In this document: positions 10,184-20,479 of the stretch, piece after piece
Layout of the letters: each line of letters opens with the position of its first letter
Numbering within the stretch: position 1 is the first letter of the stretch
Assembly (NCBI GenBank): GCA_963791045.1
Contig: CAWBQK010000010.1
Span: forward strand, 47,839 to 111,838
Length of the DNA stretch: 64,000 nt
Reading direction: 5' to 3'
From: Candidatus Latescibacterota bacterium
GTDB taxonomy: Bacteria > Krumholzibacteriota > Krumholzibacteriia > WVZY01
The notes under the pieces: model-generated
What the model was told of the DNA's origin: nothing
Databases searched by the model: none
Seen by the model: the letters and a program-made list of their open reading frames with translations, nothing else
Program-made: the position numbers and the translations under genes

Positions 10184-12013
10184 TCAACGGCGGATCAAAA
10201 CCAGCTTTTTGCTCACCGAGGATCCACCAACGGATAATCTATAGTAATAAACACTCGAGGAAACCGCAATACCCCGATCGTCTAACCCGTCCCATTCCAC
10301 GACATGCTCACCCGCTGATTTTGCCCCTTCGAAGAGCCTTCTCACCAACCGCCCCTTGACATCGTAAATAGACAGAGCCACTTGCCGCGTCTCCAGTCTG
10401 TCCGGAGCGGCCGCCGGCGCGGACACCCCCTGGGCCATTGCCGAGCCCACCAACCGGAATCGAATGGCGGCCTGGCCTGAAACGGATGGGATGAAAGGAT
10501 TTGGCACACTCTGCATCAGGACGGCGGCCGGGGATATCGCCGGCGGGGCGACGGACACACCGGTGGCGCCATAGAGCGCCGCCTGGTGGGCGTCGATGAC
10601 CCCCCAACCATACTCGTTGTCCGGGCTCGAAGAATGATCGCCAGACGAACGTAGCGCATCGCGAAGGTCGATCGGGCTCCAATCGAGGTTCATCTGGAGA
10701 CAAAGCGCCGCGGCCCCGGCGACCAGAGGCGTGGCAAGGCTGGTGCCGCTCGCATAATAATACGAGGTCGACCCGGTTGCCGCCGCGGCATATACCGATA
10801 CGCCCTGCGCGCAGACATCCGGTTTGATGCGACCGTCAAAAGTGGGCCCCCGCGAACTTGAAGACCAGATAAGACCATTGGAATCTACGGCCCCCACGGC
10901 GACCACACTGTCACCATCGGCCGGTGCAATGAGCCCGGGCCACGGGAGAGGTCCTTCATTCCCCGCCGCCGTAATGACGAGTAATCCGCGTGCGGCGGCG
11001 ATGTCCGCCGCGATGGTGGTAACCGCCGTATTGCCGTCCATATCCTCGTATGTGTACCAGTCATAATATCCAAGAGACGTGCTGACAATCACCGCGCCGA
11101 TACTGTCGGCCCATTCAAGACCTCGAACGTAGTCATCCTCTTCCTGTTGGATTTCTACGTCCACCTGTTCGGTCTTGCCGATCGCGTAAGTCGCCCCCCA
11201 CGCGGGACCCACAAGAGTTCCTGGAGCGTATCCGCCCATGGCGGAAAGTGTCGCCGTCCCGTGGTTATGCTGCCACGAGGGATCGCCCGCTTCGTTCTCG
11301 GTGACGGGATCGTTGTTTACAAAATCCCATTCGGCGATCACATCGAGATGGGCGAGTGACTCGTGCCGTCTGTTGAACCCTGTGTCGAGAATTGCGACCA
11401 GGATCCCCTGCCCGTAGAGTCCGGCATCGTGAAGAGATATCACATTGATTAAATCCAATTGCCCAAAACTTGGCCCATAGGTCAACGCTGCGGGCGACAT
11501 ATCCGAACCGGGACGTACCGGAGCCGTGGGAGATGATGTTTCAATTATGGATATATTCTCGGGGCGCTTGCGATGGGCCGTCTGAACCCGGTCGATCCTG
11601 CGAACAAATTCAAATCCCTGTATAACCCGGATGTCCCCGGCCGTCGCGTAGGCGCTGACCGCGTTGAGATATTTCGACCGGTGCTTCACACGGCAGCCGG
11701 CTTCAACGATCTGACGGACATACGCTTCCCGCACGGGCAGGTCGTGGATGTCGGCCAGCGGGCCGTCCGAACGGTTCACACGACGCTGGTACGCACGCTC
11801 TTCGAACGTAATCCCCGCAACCATCGACTCGAGATCGCTCTTGTCTGCTTCACCATGGTCCGCGAAATACACCCAGATTTTGATCTCATCCTGGGACGGA
11901 GACGCAAGGTAGTCCTGTACGGCCGACGAGGTTTTGTCGAGTGTTTGTGCGCCGAGAGGAACCGCGATGCAAAAAAAGAACAGGATGAAGAGCGGAGCGA
12001 TTTTCATTGTCAT
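10184..12013 (-). CDS. Secreted S8 (subtilisin-like) serine protease with FlgD-Ig/T9SS-like CTD
   Basis: Triad motifs ILDTGF, HGTATLS, SGTSLATP; AAGNEG; C-terminal PNPF...IYDVKGRLVR...WDGLDDRG..VSSSVYYY...KKLVLIR. Confidence 0.92.
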   Translation of the reverse strand: MTMKIAPLFILFFFCIAVPLGAQTLDKTSSAVQDYLASPSQDEIKIWVYFADHGEADKSDLESMVAGITFEERAYQRRVNRSDGPLADIHDLPVREAYVRQIVEAGCRVKHRSKYLNAVSAYATAGDIRVIQGFEFVRRIDRVQTAHRKRPENISIIETSSPTAPVRPGSDMSPAALTYGPSFGQLDLINVISLHDAGLYGQGILVAILDTGFNRRHESLAHLDVIAEWDFVNNDPVTENEAGDPSWQHNHGTATLSAMGGYAPGTLVGPAWGATYAIGKTEQVDVEIQQEEDDYVRGLEWADSIGAVIVSTSLGYYDWYTYEDMDGNTAVTTIAADIAAARGLLVITAAGNEGPLPWPGLIAPADGDSVVAVGAVDSNGLIWSSSSRGPTFDGRIKPDVCAQGVSVYAAAATGSTSYYYASGTSLATPLVAGAAALCLQMNLDWSPIDLRDALRSSGDHSSSPDNEYGWGVIDAHQAALYGATGVSVAPPAISPAAVLMQSVPNPFIPSVSGQAAIRFRLVGSAMAQGVSAPAAAPDRLETRQVALSIYDVKGRLVRRLFEGAKSAGEHVVEWDGLDDRGIAVSSSVYYYRLSVGGSSVSKKLVLIRR

Positions 12014-12093
12014 CAGATCCTTTGGTGGACTGCGGCCACGTGTTGCCGGTTCGCCTCACACCCAAAGCGAACCGGATAAGCTGTTGTTACTAA

Positions 12094-12122
12094 ATAATAT
12101 CACATTAGGGCCCGCATGTCAA
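12094..12122 (-). promoter_or_regulatory. Sigma70-type promoter for the S8 protease
   Basis: TTGACA-17nt-TATTAT with extended -10 TG on the minus strand. Confidence 0.65.
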
Positions 12123-12210
12123 ATAATCGAGCGGTGTCGGGCGAAAAGAGGTTGGGTTTTCGGCGTGGGGGGGGGTGCACAGGAGTGGAATCCGGACCAG
12201 GCCGAAGGAA

Positions 12211-14544
12211 TCAGTCTACCCGCGGGAGTTTCCACTCCTCGAACAAAATAACTTCAAGGGCTTCTTGGACTTGTGAGGGCTTGAAAAATACCGGCTCGAA
12301 TCCCCACACGACACTTCTCGCCGCAACACCTCCGGCCCCACCCGGCAAGCGATCACCATAAGTCGAGGTCCAGAATCCAACGGGCGCGCCGTAAATAACG
12401 GACGCTGCGTCAAGACACCCATGACCGTACATCGGTTGAAAACAATCCCTCTGAGGCTGTGTTTCGGCGACCCTGCTGCAGATATCCTGGAAATACGGCG
12501 GGTTGTAAATATCGTTTACCAGTCCCCTTCTGTCCTCGGAAAACTCCTTCGTAGCGGCCGCCACTTCCGGTCGCAATTCCAGGGTTGGGAACCGCAACGA
12601 ATCTGCCGGAATCGCGAAGCGAAGACCATTCGTGCGGGACAGATGATCTCTTGTGAGAATGACCGAGCACGAGTGTTGCGGAAACTGGCGAATGAGTTTT
12701 TTGTTCGTGATCGAACTGATATCGATGACATTCAAACAACATTCGTTATAAGCAAACGACAGCTCGCCGACACCTTCCTCGCCAATCGAAGAATCCTCAT
12801 AGGATCCATCCTGATCGCCCGTGAGCTCGTACCGGAATATTACCGGATAACCGGGGGTTTTCGTCCCGCCGGCGAAAACCATCGGGTTGATGACCGCCGT
12901 CATCGGTTGTTCACCGCAGAGCAGCAAATGACCGCCCGCCGCCAAATACAGCGCTAGAATGTTGGGCTGCACTTTACCGGTGACCACACCACCAAGGCTG
13001 GGGTCGCTGGGAATGAAGTGTATCAGATCGGGGAGAACCGAGATCCCCGCCTGGATATTGTAACCGCTGTACGCGTCCCAGATCATCGACTTGTAGTCGG
13101 CCACCGCCTGGATGGGCAGATCGTTATCCACCTCGATCATATCGACCGCGGGATCGAAATCCTTTACGTTTGCGAGAACATCGCGCCAGAACTGGTCGTG
13201 CTCCGCGTCACTGGGGACACCGCCGTTGGTCGCGGCAAACCCCGGACTACCGCCCTCGTCATAATCATCGACCACCAGCAGGTTCTTCTGGAACGTAAAC
13301 GGGACGATGTTCACACGGATTCCGGCTCTGGACGTGAAACCCGAGTTGTCTATGACCTCGACGTGAAACGTATGGGAATCGAACTCGAACCTGCGCGACG
13401 GCGTCTCGGCCGTGTTTCTGTTCGAGAAAAACGGTGTGTAATCGATGTCCCACTGGGTTCGGTCGTTGAGATCCTGTATGTCCCACCCGTACCTGTAACC
13501 CGACACCACGCCACCATAACTGGACGCATCGGCTGAAAAGCGGAAGCTCATCGGCACTTTTGCCGGCAAATCGATAATAGTCGTCGGTGTGTTCGGGCTC
13601 GATGTAATAATCGTTCCCATATACTTATTGAATACTGTCAGCACGGGCCCGGTCAGTCTCTGCGAGACCAGGATGCGGCGGACGTTTCTCGCCTCGTCAA
13701 AAACAGGACTGACGGCGCCTGCCTCATCCATAACCTGCAGAGCGAAAACATAAGGACCAAATTCAAGAGGACGAGTCGTCCACGTCTTGCCGGAGTCGCC
13801 AACCGCCCTGTAATACCGCCAATCCGACCACTCGGGAGCATCGAGGTTTGACCTGATATATTCGATCGTGTTGCCCCAGCTCTCGCCAAAATCCCGGGTG
13901 CTGATCATGATCCAACGCACCGAGTCGGGTTCCTGCACCTGGCGCTCGTTCGACACGTAGTCCTTCCCAACCCATCTAAACGATGAGATGGGCGGCACCT
14001 GGGCGGGGTTGGAACCCACTCGCCTGGGAACGAGAATATCCACGACGGGCGAAAGCGTCCGGGCGGTGAACGATCGGTAGGCCGGTCTTGCGGACGCCAA
14101 TCCCATGTCGTCAATGGAGCGGATGAAAAAAGTGTGCGAGCGCACAAAATCAACCGGCTCGAGATTGTTCGGATCGGTGGAAGAGCTATCGGCGAGCTCA
14201 TCGGCAGTAAAAGTGAATGTGGAATCGTTCGAATACACGCGATGCCACTTGTCAACCCCGACCGTGTCGGCCGGATCGAATACACCGTTCCCGTTATCCG
14301 TAATGCAGTATTCGAAATAGGCGACATCACCATCCGGATCCCAACCACCCCAGAAAAGATGAAGCGTGTATTCCGACACGGTTCCCTCTGGCGGCGCCGA
14401 AGACAACCAAACGTCGGGTGCCTGGTTCGCCTTCTGCGTTCCGACGAGATCCTCGTTGGCGCAACCGATGGCAATAGCCACAACTGCGACACAAACCATC
14501 AACGCAAACACTGTGTTTATTTTTATGTTCTCAATCGCAATCAT
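12211..14544 (-). CDS. Uncharacterised lipoprotein (paralogue A), tandem Ig/FN3-like modules and Cys-rich C-terminal half
   Basis: Lipobox AIGC; long near-identical blocks shared with 16010-18330. Confidence 0.8.
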   Translation of the reverse strand: MIAIENIKINTVFALMVCVAVVAIAIGCANEDLVGTQKANQAPDVWLSSAPPEGTVSEYTLHLFWGGWDPDGDVAYFEYCITDNGNGVFDPADTVGVDKWHRVYSNDSTFTFTADELADSSSTDPNNLEPVDFVRSHTFFIRSIDDMGLASARPAYRSFTARTLSPVVDILVPRRVGSNPAQVPPISSFRWVGKDYVSNERQVQEPDSVRWIMISTRDFGESWGNTIEYIRSNLDAPEWSDWRYYRAVGDSGKTWTTRPLEFGPYVFALQVMDEAGAVSPVFDEARNVRRILVSQRLTGPVLTVFNKYMGTIITSSPNTPTTIIDLPAKVPMSFRFSADASSYGGVVSGYRYGWDIQDLNDRTQWDIDYTPFFSNRNTAETPSRRFEFDSHTFHVEVIDNSGFTSRAGIRVNIVPFTFQKNLLVVDDYDEGGSPGFAATNGGVPSDAEHDQFWRDVLANVKDFDPAVDMIEVDNDLPIQAVADYKSMIWDAYSGYNIQAGISVLPDLIHFIPSDPSLGGVVTGKVQPNILALYLAAGGHLLLCGEQPMTAVINPMVFAGGTKTPGYPVIFRYELTGDQDGSYEDSSIGEEGVGELSFAYNECCLNVIDISSITNKKLIRQFPQHSCSVILTRDHLSRTNGLRFAIPADSLRFPTLELRPEVAAATKEFSEDRRGLVNDIYNPPYFQDICSRVAETQPQRDCFQPMYGHGCLDAASVIYGAPVGFWTSTYGDRLPGGAGGVAARSVVWGFEPVFFKPSQVQEALEVILFEEWKLPRVD

Positions 14545-14652
14545 AGTGGATCACCAAAAACGCGCAAGGCTCTCTGTTATCCGCGAGATTTCGGAATTTG
14601 TCTGGTGGGGACAGTCCTCAGTTTTCATAGCGCGGCGTGCGCGCCACGGCAC

Positions 14653-15987
14653 TCATCGGATAATAATCAATCGACCATACACCCAGTTGCCGCTCACTGA
14701 TTCCAGTCTGAATATGTAGACCCCCGACGCCACTTCGTCACCCGCCAGGTTCCTCGTGTCCCACTCAATGGTCCCGGGTCCATCGGTCTGGGAAAACTCC
14801 CACACCAGATCTCCCGCGGGGGTATATACCTTGAGCTGACACTCATCGGGGGTATTGACAAAGCGAACCTTGTTATCGGGATAGTTATGGTAATTTTCAG
14901 TCGTGTATTGCGATGATCCCGAACGGTACGGATTTGGAACCGCGTAGACTTCCGGCAGATCGCGCTGCGGATCCACCTTCGTCGTGACCGTCACTATCTC
15001 CAACGGACACGGATAAGGCGTGCCTTCGGTAACGGGACAGTGGTCAAATTTACTTAAACCCTGAGTCGTCGACCTGACATTGTAACCGCGATCGAAGGTT
15101 GTAACAATGTATTGATATGTAAACCCGTTGAAGGCGTTTCTGTCCACCCACCACAGCTCGTTGGGACCGAGCCGCCCGTTCGGGTGAATTTCCCGGATAT
15201 CAATTGTCTCGCCAACGCCGGGAATTCCACCTGGATAGTCAAAGTAACCCCTCGTTCTCAACGCTGGGATGATATCCGCATAATAAAGCGAATCAAACGC
15301 TGCGCCGCGGAACGCTTCTTCTTTTGACGTTTCTCCGATATTAATGAAGTCGTCACCATTGTCACTGATACCCCGAAACACGTGGTTGCCCTCAAAATCC
15401 TCGACACCCAGGATAAAGATACCGTTACTGTCCACGAGCCCTTCGGTAAATGAAATCGTAAATCCAAGATCGAGCGTGGAACCGTCGTTCGTATTTCTTA
15501 AAATACATTCGATGGGCGCCCCGGCCGTATAGGCGGCGCCAATATCCACTGTATTCGTCAAAAATTCGAACCCAATAATATCATAACGAATCCGGATATC
15601 CGGCCGTTCCAGTCCGCTGATGCCCACGCGGCCGCTGTTCTGGACGGTAAACCTGATGGTCCTGTCCACCGATCCGGAATACACACCACCGGAAACGGGT
15701 GTGGACAGGCTGTCCTGCGGGTGGGGGGAATTCTTTGCGCGCCATCCCGTGGTATCCGGAGTGTGAATCAGAGTGCCGATGTCATCCGGGATGTCCTCCC
15801 AGAAAACATGGTTGGCAAACGAGCTCCGGTCGTCATTCATCTTGGTGATGACATAAACATTCGCTGGCGCAACGAGTTGAAGGGTATCCGCCGCCGCCTG
15901 CGCGTGAGATTTCGCCGGCACGAGGCACAGGCAAAACGCCAGAAATAAATATACGACCCCAATAGCCCTCAGGCTCTTCATCATCAC
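14653..15987 (-). CDS. Secreted protein with T9SS-like CTD
   Basis: Signal peptide; VYAVPNPY...KVRFVN.P....KVYTPAGDLV...WDTRNLAGDEVASGVYIF...GRLIIIR. Confidence 0.8.
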   Translation of the reverse strand: MMMKSLRAIGVVYLFLAFCLCLVPAKSHAQAAADTLQLVAPANVYVITKMNDDRSSFANHVFWEDIPDDIGTLIHTPDTTGWRAKNSPHPQDSLSTPVSGGVYSGSVDRTIRFTVQNSGRVGISGLERPDIRIRYDIIGFEFLTNTVDIGAAYTAGAPIECILRNTNDGSTLDLGFTISFTEGLVDSNGIFILGVEDFEGNHVFRGISDNGDDFINIGETSKEEAFRGAAFDSLYYADIIPALRTRGYFDYPGGIPGVGETIDIREIHPNGRLGPNELWWVDRNAFNGFTYQYIVTTFDRGYNVRSTTQGLSKFDHCPVTEGTPYPCPLEIVTVTTKVDPQRDLPEVYAVPNPYRSGSSQYTTENYHNYPDNKVRFVNTPDECQLKVYTPAGDLVWEFSQTDGPGTIEWDTRNLAGDEVASGVYIFRLESVSGNWVYGRLIIIR

Positions 15988-16009
15988 AGCTATTGTCCTC
16001 CTGTTGCGC

Positions 16010-18330
16010 TTAATTACGCGGCAATTGCCACTCGTCGAACAGAATAATATCCATTGCCTGCTTCACTTGAGACGGAGTGAAATATACAGGATGGAACCCG
16101 AATACGGCGCTCCGCGCCGCGACACCGCCCGCATCCGGGACGCGTTCTTCGAAAACAGTTGTCCAGAAAGCGACCGGCGCGTCATAAATTGACTCGAATT
16201 GAGATCATTCAGACATCCGTTCGAATAAATCGGCATGAAACAATCCCGCAGCGGGATGTTTTCCGTGAAGTCCTGGCATGTACCCGTCGCGTCGCCGCCT
16301 TTGGGCACGTTATTGAAATAAGGCGGATTGTATATGTCACAGTTGATTCCACTACGGTCGGGAGAGTACCATTTGCCCGGCGCGGCAACTTCCGGACGCA
16401 AGTCCAATGTCGGAAATTCGTAGTCCACATCAACGGGCATGGCCATCCGCAGACCGTCGGTCCTCTGATTCTGCGTCCTCATGGTCGTCACCGGGCACCC
16501 CTGGATACCCGGACGACGGATAGACAGATTGGTACGAATATACCCGATATCGAGAACGTTTAAACAACATTCTTGATAGGCAAACGAGTCCTCACCGACA
16601 CCACGCGTCCCGATGTTAGAATCCTCGTACCGTCCATCCTGATCCCCCTGCAATTCGTACCGGAAAATAATCGGGAACGACGGGGTGGCCGGCGCGAACG
16701 ACGTACGGTTAATCGCCGCCGTCATTATCTGATTTCCGCACAACAGAACGTGACCGCCGGCGGCCATAAACAGTGAAACGATGTTCGGCGTCGTTTTCCC
16801 TCCGCCCGAAGGGATATCGGGATCAACAAACCTAAGGACATCATTGATAAGAGATGGCGTCGTCGAGTTGTGCGCGGCCGTGGCCACCCAAATCAACGAC
16901 TTGTAATCAGCGAGCGCGTTGATCGGAAGTTCGTCTCCTACCTCCATCACGTCGACCGCCGGATCGAACTGATCGACGTCGGCCAACATATCGTTCCAGA
17001 ACGCGTCGTGTTCTACATCGCTGGGCAAACCACCCAAAGTCACGCCAAACCCGGCGCTGTTTTCTTCCCAGTCGTCCACGAGGAGCACGTTTTTTTGCAT
17101 CGTAAACGGCACGACGTTCACCCTCACGCCAAGCCGCGACGAATAACCTGAATTGTCGATCACTTCGACATGGAAGGTGTGGGAGTCGAACTCGAAGGTT
17201 CTCGCCGGGCTCTCGGCAGAGTTGTTGTCCGTCACGAACGGTGTAAAATCGATATCCCACTGTGACGGATCATTGAGGTCCTGGATATCCCAGCCGTACC
17301 GGTATCCGGAAACCACTCCGCCATAGCTCCTCGCATTCGCCCTGAATCGAAACGACATGGGAACCCTGGCCGGGAGATCGATGATGGTAAGCGGTGCATT
17401 CGGGCTCGATGTCACCATCGTCCCGATAAATTTGTTAAACACAGTGAGAACCGGGCCGGTTGAGCGCTGAGACACGAGAAGCCGCCTGACATTCCGCGAC
17501 TCGTCAAACACCGGGCTCACCGCCCCCGCTTCGTCCTTGACCTGAATACCAAACACATACGGGCCGAAATCGAGCGCAGGTGTCGTCCAGAATTTCCCCG
17601 AATCTCCCGGCGCCGAGTAAGACTTCCATGGATACCATTCCTCGGCGTCCGGAGTGTTCCGTATGTATTCGATCGCCGCTCCCCAGCTCTCGCCAAACGG
17701 CTCGGTGCTAACAAGAATCCACCTCACCGAATCCGGATCCTGGGTCTCGCGAATATTGCTGACGTAATCTCTCGCGACCCACTGAAAGGTTGAAATCGGC
17801 GGCACCTGGGCCGGCGTACTGCCCGATGTGGTAGGAACGAGGATATCGATCACCGGGGACAGCGTCCTCGCGGTAAAAGATCGATACGCCGGTTTGGCCG
17901 ACGCCTTCCCCTCATTATCGACCGCGCGGATAAAGAACGTGTGGGAACGGATAAAATCGATGGGCTCAAGATTGAGAGGATCCACTTCATTGGAATCGGC
18001 CAATTCGTCCGCGGTGAAGGTAAACGACGAGTCGTTTCTCACCACCGCGTGCCACTTGTCGGCGCCGGTTGTATCCGCCGGATTGAAGATGCCGTTCACG
18101 TTATCCGCGACCGAGTACTCGTAATAGGAGATCTCGCCGTCGGGATCCCAGCCTCCCCAGTACAGGTGGAGCGTATAATTGCTCTGAGTCCCCTCGGGCG
18201 GCGCGCTGGACAACCACACCGACGGAGGCTGATTTGCCTTGCCGGGGCCCTCCAGCTGATCCGAGGCACAACCGATTAGCGACGCGCCTAGAAGGAGCAC
18301 AAAGACGACGTACAACATATTCCTGATCAT
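16010..18330 (-). CDS. Uncharacterised lipoprotein (paralogue B), one frameshift near 16190
   Basis: ATG at 18330, lipobox LIGC. After ~16190 a shifted frame reads IYDAPVAFWTTVFEERVPDAGGVAARSAVFGFHPVYFTPSQVKQAMDIILFDEWQLPRN*, matching the C-terminus of paralogue A; TAA at 16012-16010. Confidence 0.8.
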
Positions 18331-18395
18331 GATGTCTTTCCTCGCTTGGTTATGCAAACCCGGGGTCGGGGTGGGGATCGCAAACCCAGAATCCG

Positions 18396-20273
18396 CTATC
18401 TCGTCACCTTTAAATAGAACCGCAATGTTTTGTGTTCGGTCCATCGGCCCAACTGTGAGGCCTGGTACGAATTCAGCTTCTCCTTTTCCCCGGCAACGAA
18501 CATATACTGTTCGAACTCTTCCCGTCCGATATCTCGTCCGTAAATATCGAATTCATACTCTTTATTCCAGAACGCCGGCTGATTCGCCCATATGTTGGCC
18601 CCGCCCGGATCGGCGGCAAGGTCGTACCTGTAAATAACCTCATAGCGATCGGCGAGCACATTCGGGCTCGGTCCCTCAACCCAGGCCTTGGAACGGCCAA
18701 ACTTCTGATTCACGCCGTCCAATGTCCGTGTGAAGAGGTAATACCAGTTCACCACACCGAAGTTCACGTTCTCCTTGGGATGATCGTGACCGGTCGCATT
18801 GATATCGAAATAATAGATCTTTTTGGCGTTCACCTTGCCGGTGCTGAAATCAATCTCCACGGTATCCGTGTTCGACGGATTCCACCAGTCCCAGACAAAG
18901 GTGTCCGCAGCCGTCGGCGCGACGACTCCATCGTAATTCATCAGATACGAATCGTCGAGTGTCGGATTGAAGTTTCCGACAATTTCGATTTCGGATTTTG
19001 GCAGACCGAACTCCGGTCCGGGGTTGGTCTCGAACATGTTGCCGTCGGCTTTGCCGTACTCATCCACCGACCGCGCCCGAATCACATATTCGACACTGCC
19101 CATATTCATTGTCGTGGAATCGGGTGTCCCATCGGGGTTGTTGTCTTCCGGCGTATCGGGAAGCCAGCGGCTCCTGGAGCTGGCGCCGGGTATCCGCGCG
19201 GAGTCACGCTCGTACTGGAGCTGATAGCCGATACACTTATTGACATCATCGACACAGAGAGTGCTGTCCCGCCTGTCATCCCATCCCCTGTAGTCCAGTC
19301 TCAGCCAGCTTTTATAGGGAACGGTGTCCGGAGGACTTCCCGCATCGATATCGATAAACTCGCGGATCTCCTGGCTCGCGACAAAGTACGTATTCTCCAG
19401 CTGGTTGATCTCCGTATCCGGCTGGTAGTTGACCACGAGTTGAACCACACCGTCGGTAAAACTTTTTACATCGGCACGGGACTCGGCGCTCGACTCATCT
19501 TTGCACTGTGTCACGAACCTGAAAACACCGCTCGGCACCGCATCATCGCCAACATTCGGGAAGTACCGAATCGTATCGGCGAGATCATCACTCCAGAGAT
19601 CTTGTCCATCGACATTAACTGTCGCCGTCAGCGGGTAATACTTGTATGCGAGGATCAACCCGTTCGACGTTATCCCGCGATAGGACAACGAAAACGGTCT
19701 GAACATCCCAACCGTGTCGAGCACGGCGGGATCGTACGCACTCGTCAACGGCGGCGCGCCGGGATCATACGGATCAATATTTGTAATGGTCGTCGCGAAG
19801 ACAACCCTCGGCAGTTCCCCTACCGTCGCGACAAACTCCACTGCCGCCGGAGTGGAATCGATTACACCGTTGTCATCAATCGCGGCAATATGAAACGCCT
19901 GCCGGTTCTTCCTCAACCCAACACCCGCCACATTCTTGAAAGCCTCAAAGGCTATAACCGTATCCGTTCTCGAAGTAATTCTTCCGGCTCGGTAATCGAC
20001 CACTCGTTCGGCGGGACTCCATCTGAGATCGAGGTTCGCCTCGAGCGTGTCGGTGATGGTCCAGATGTACTGAGTGGCGGTGCCATCCATGTCAATCCCC
20101 CGCCAGTACAGGTGTACATTCCAATCATACTCCGTCGAATCGGGTGGCGCGTACCACAACTCCGTATCGGGAGAGCGGTTGGCGTCAACGAGCGACGGCT
20201 GGTTTCGCCGGCAGGAGAAAAGTATGACCGATAGGCACACTAATATCAGGAAAAAGGCCACTCTAAGCTTCAT
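18396..20273 (-). CDS. Uncharacterised lipoprotein (distant paralogue C)
   Basis: Lipobox LFSC; NRSPDTELWYAPP...HLYWRGIDMDG and FHIAAIDDNG match the N-terminal module of paralogues A and B. Confidence 0.75.
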   Translation of the reverse strand: MKLRVAFFLILVCLSVILFSCRRNQPSLVDANRSPDTELWYAPPDSTEYDWNVHLYWRGIDMDGTATQYIWTITDTLEANLDLRWSPAERVVDYRAGRITSRTDTVIAFEAFKNVAGVGLRKNRQAFHIAAIDDNGVIDSTPAAVEFVATVGELPRVVFATTITNIDPYDPGAPPLTSAYDPAVLDTVGMFRPFSLSYRGITSNGLILAYKYYPLTATVNVDGQDLWSDDLADTIRYFPNVGDDAVPSGVFRFVTQCKDESSAESRADVKSFTDGVVQLVVNYQPDTEINQLENTYFVASQEIREFIDIDAGSPPDTVPYKSWLRLDYRGWDDRRDSTLCVDDVNKCIGYQLQYERDSARIPGASSRSRWLPDTPEDNNPDGTPDSTTMNMGSVEYVIRARSVDEYGKADGNMFETNPGPEFGLPKSEIEIVGNFNPTLDDSYLMNYDGVVAPTAADTFVWDWWNPSNTDTVEIDFSTGKVNAKKIYYFDINATGHDHPKENVNFGVVNWYYLFTRTLDGVNQKFGRSKAWVEGPSPNVLADRYEVIYRYDLAADPGGANIWANQPAFWNKEYEFDIYGRDIGREEFEQYMFVAGEKEKLNSYQASQLGRWTEHKTLRFYLKVTR

Positions 20274-20336
20274 GAAGCGAGTTCTCCTTTTAAGTGCTCT
20301 GTGGGGTTTGGTGGGGACTGATTACGAAGCGTTAGA

Positions 20337-20366
20337 AATATAAAGGATTTACCCGGATGGTGTCAA
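20337..20366 (-). promoter_or_regulatory. Sigma70-type promoter for the lipoprotein cluster
   Basis: TTGACA-18nt-TATATT. Confidence 0.55.
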
Positions 20367-20420
20367 TAGAAAAACTTGGCCGAGCGAGGCTCTAAAGCAT
20401 GATAAAAAAAAAGGATACAT

Positions 20421-20457
20421 AAAACCAGGGCCGGCGCATGGCACCGGCCCTGATTTT
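20421..20457 (-). terminator. Intrinsic terminator after the 20480-23704 gene
   Basis: CAGGGCCGGTGC-cat-GCGCCGGCCCTG hairpin followed by GTTTT and a T-rich tract on the minus strand. Confidence 0.75.
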
Positions 20458-20479
20458 CAAACCACGATTCGGAGACTTC

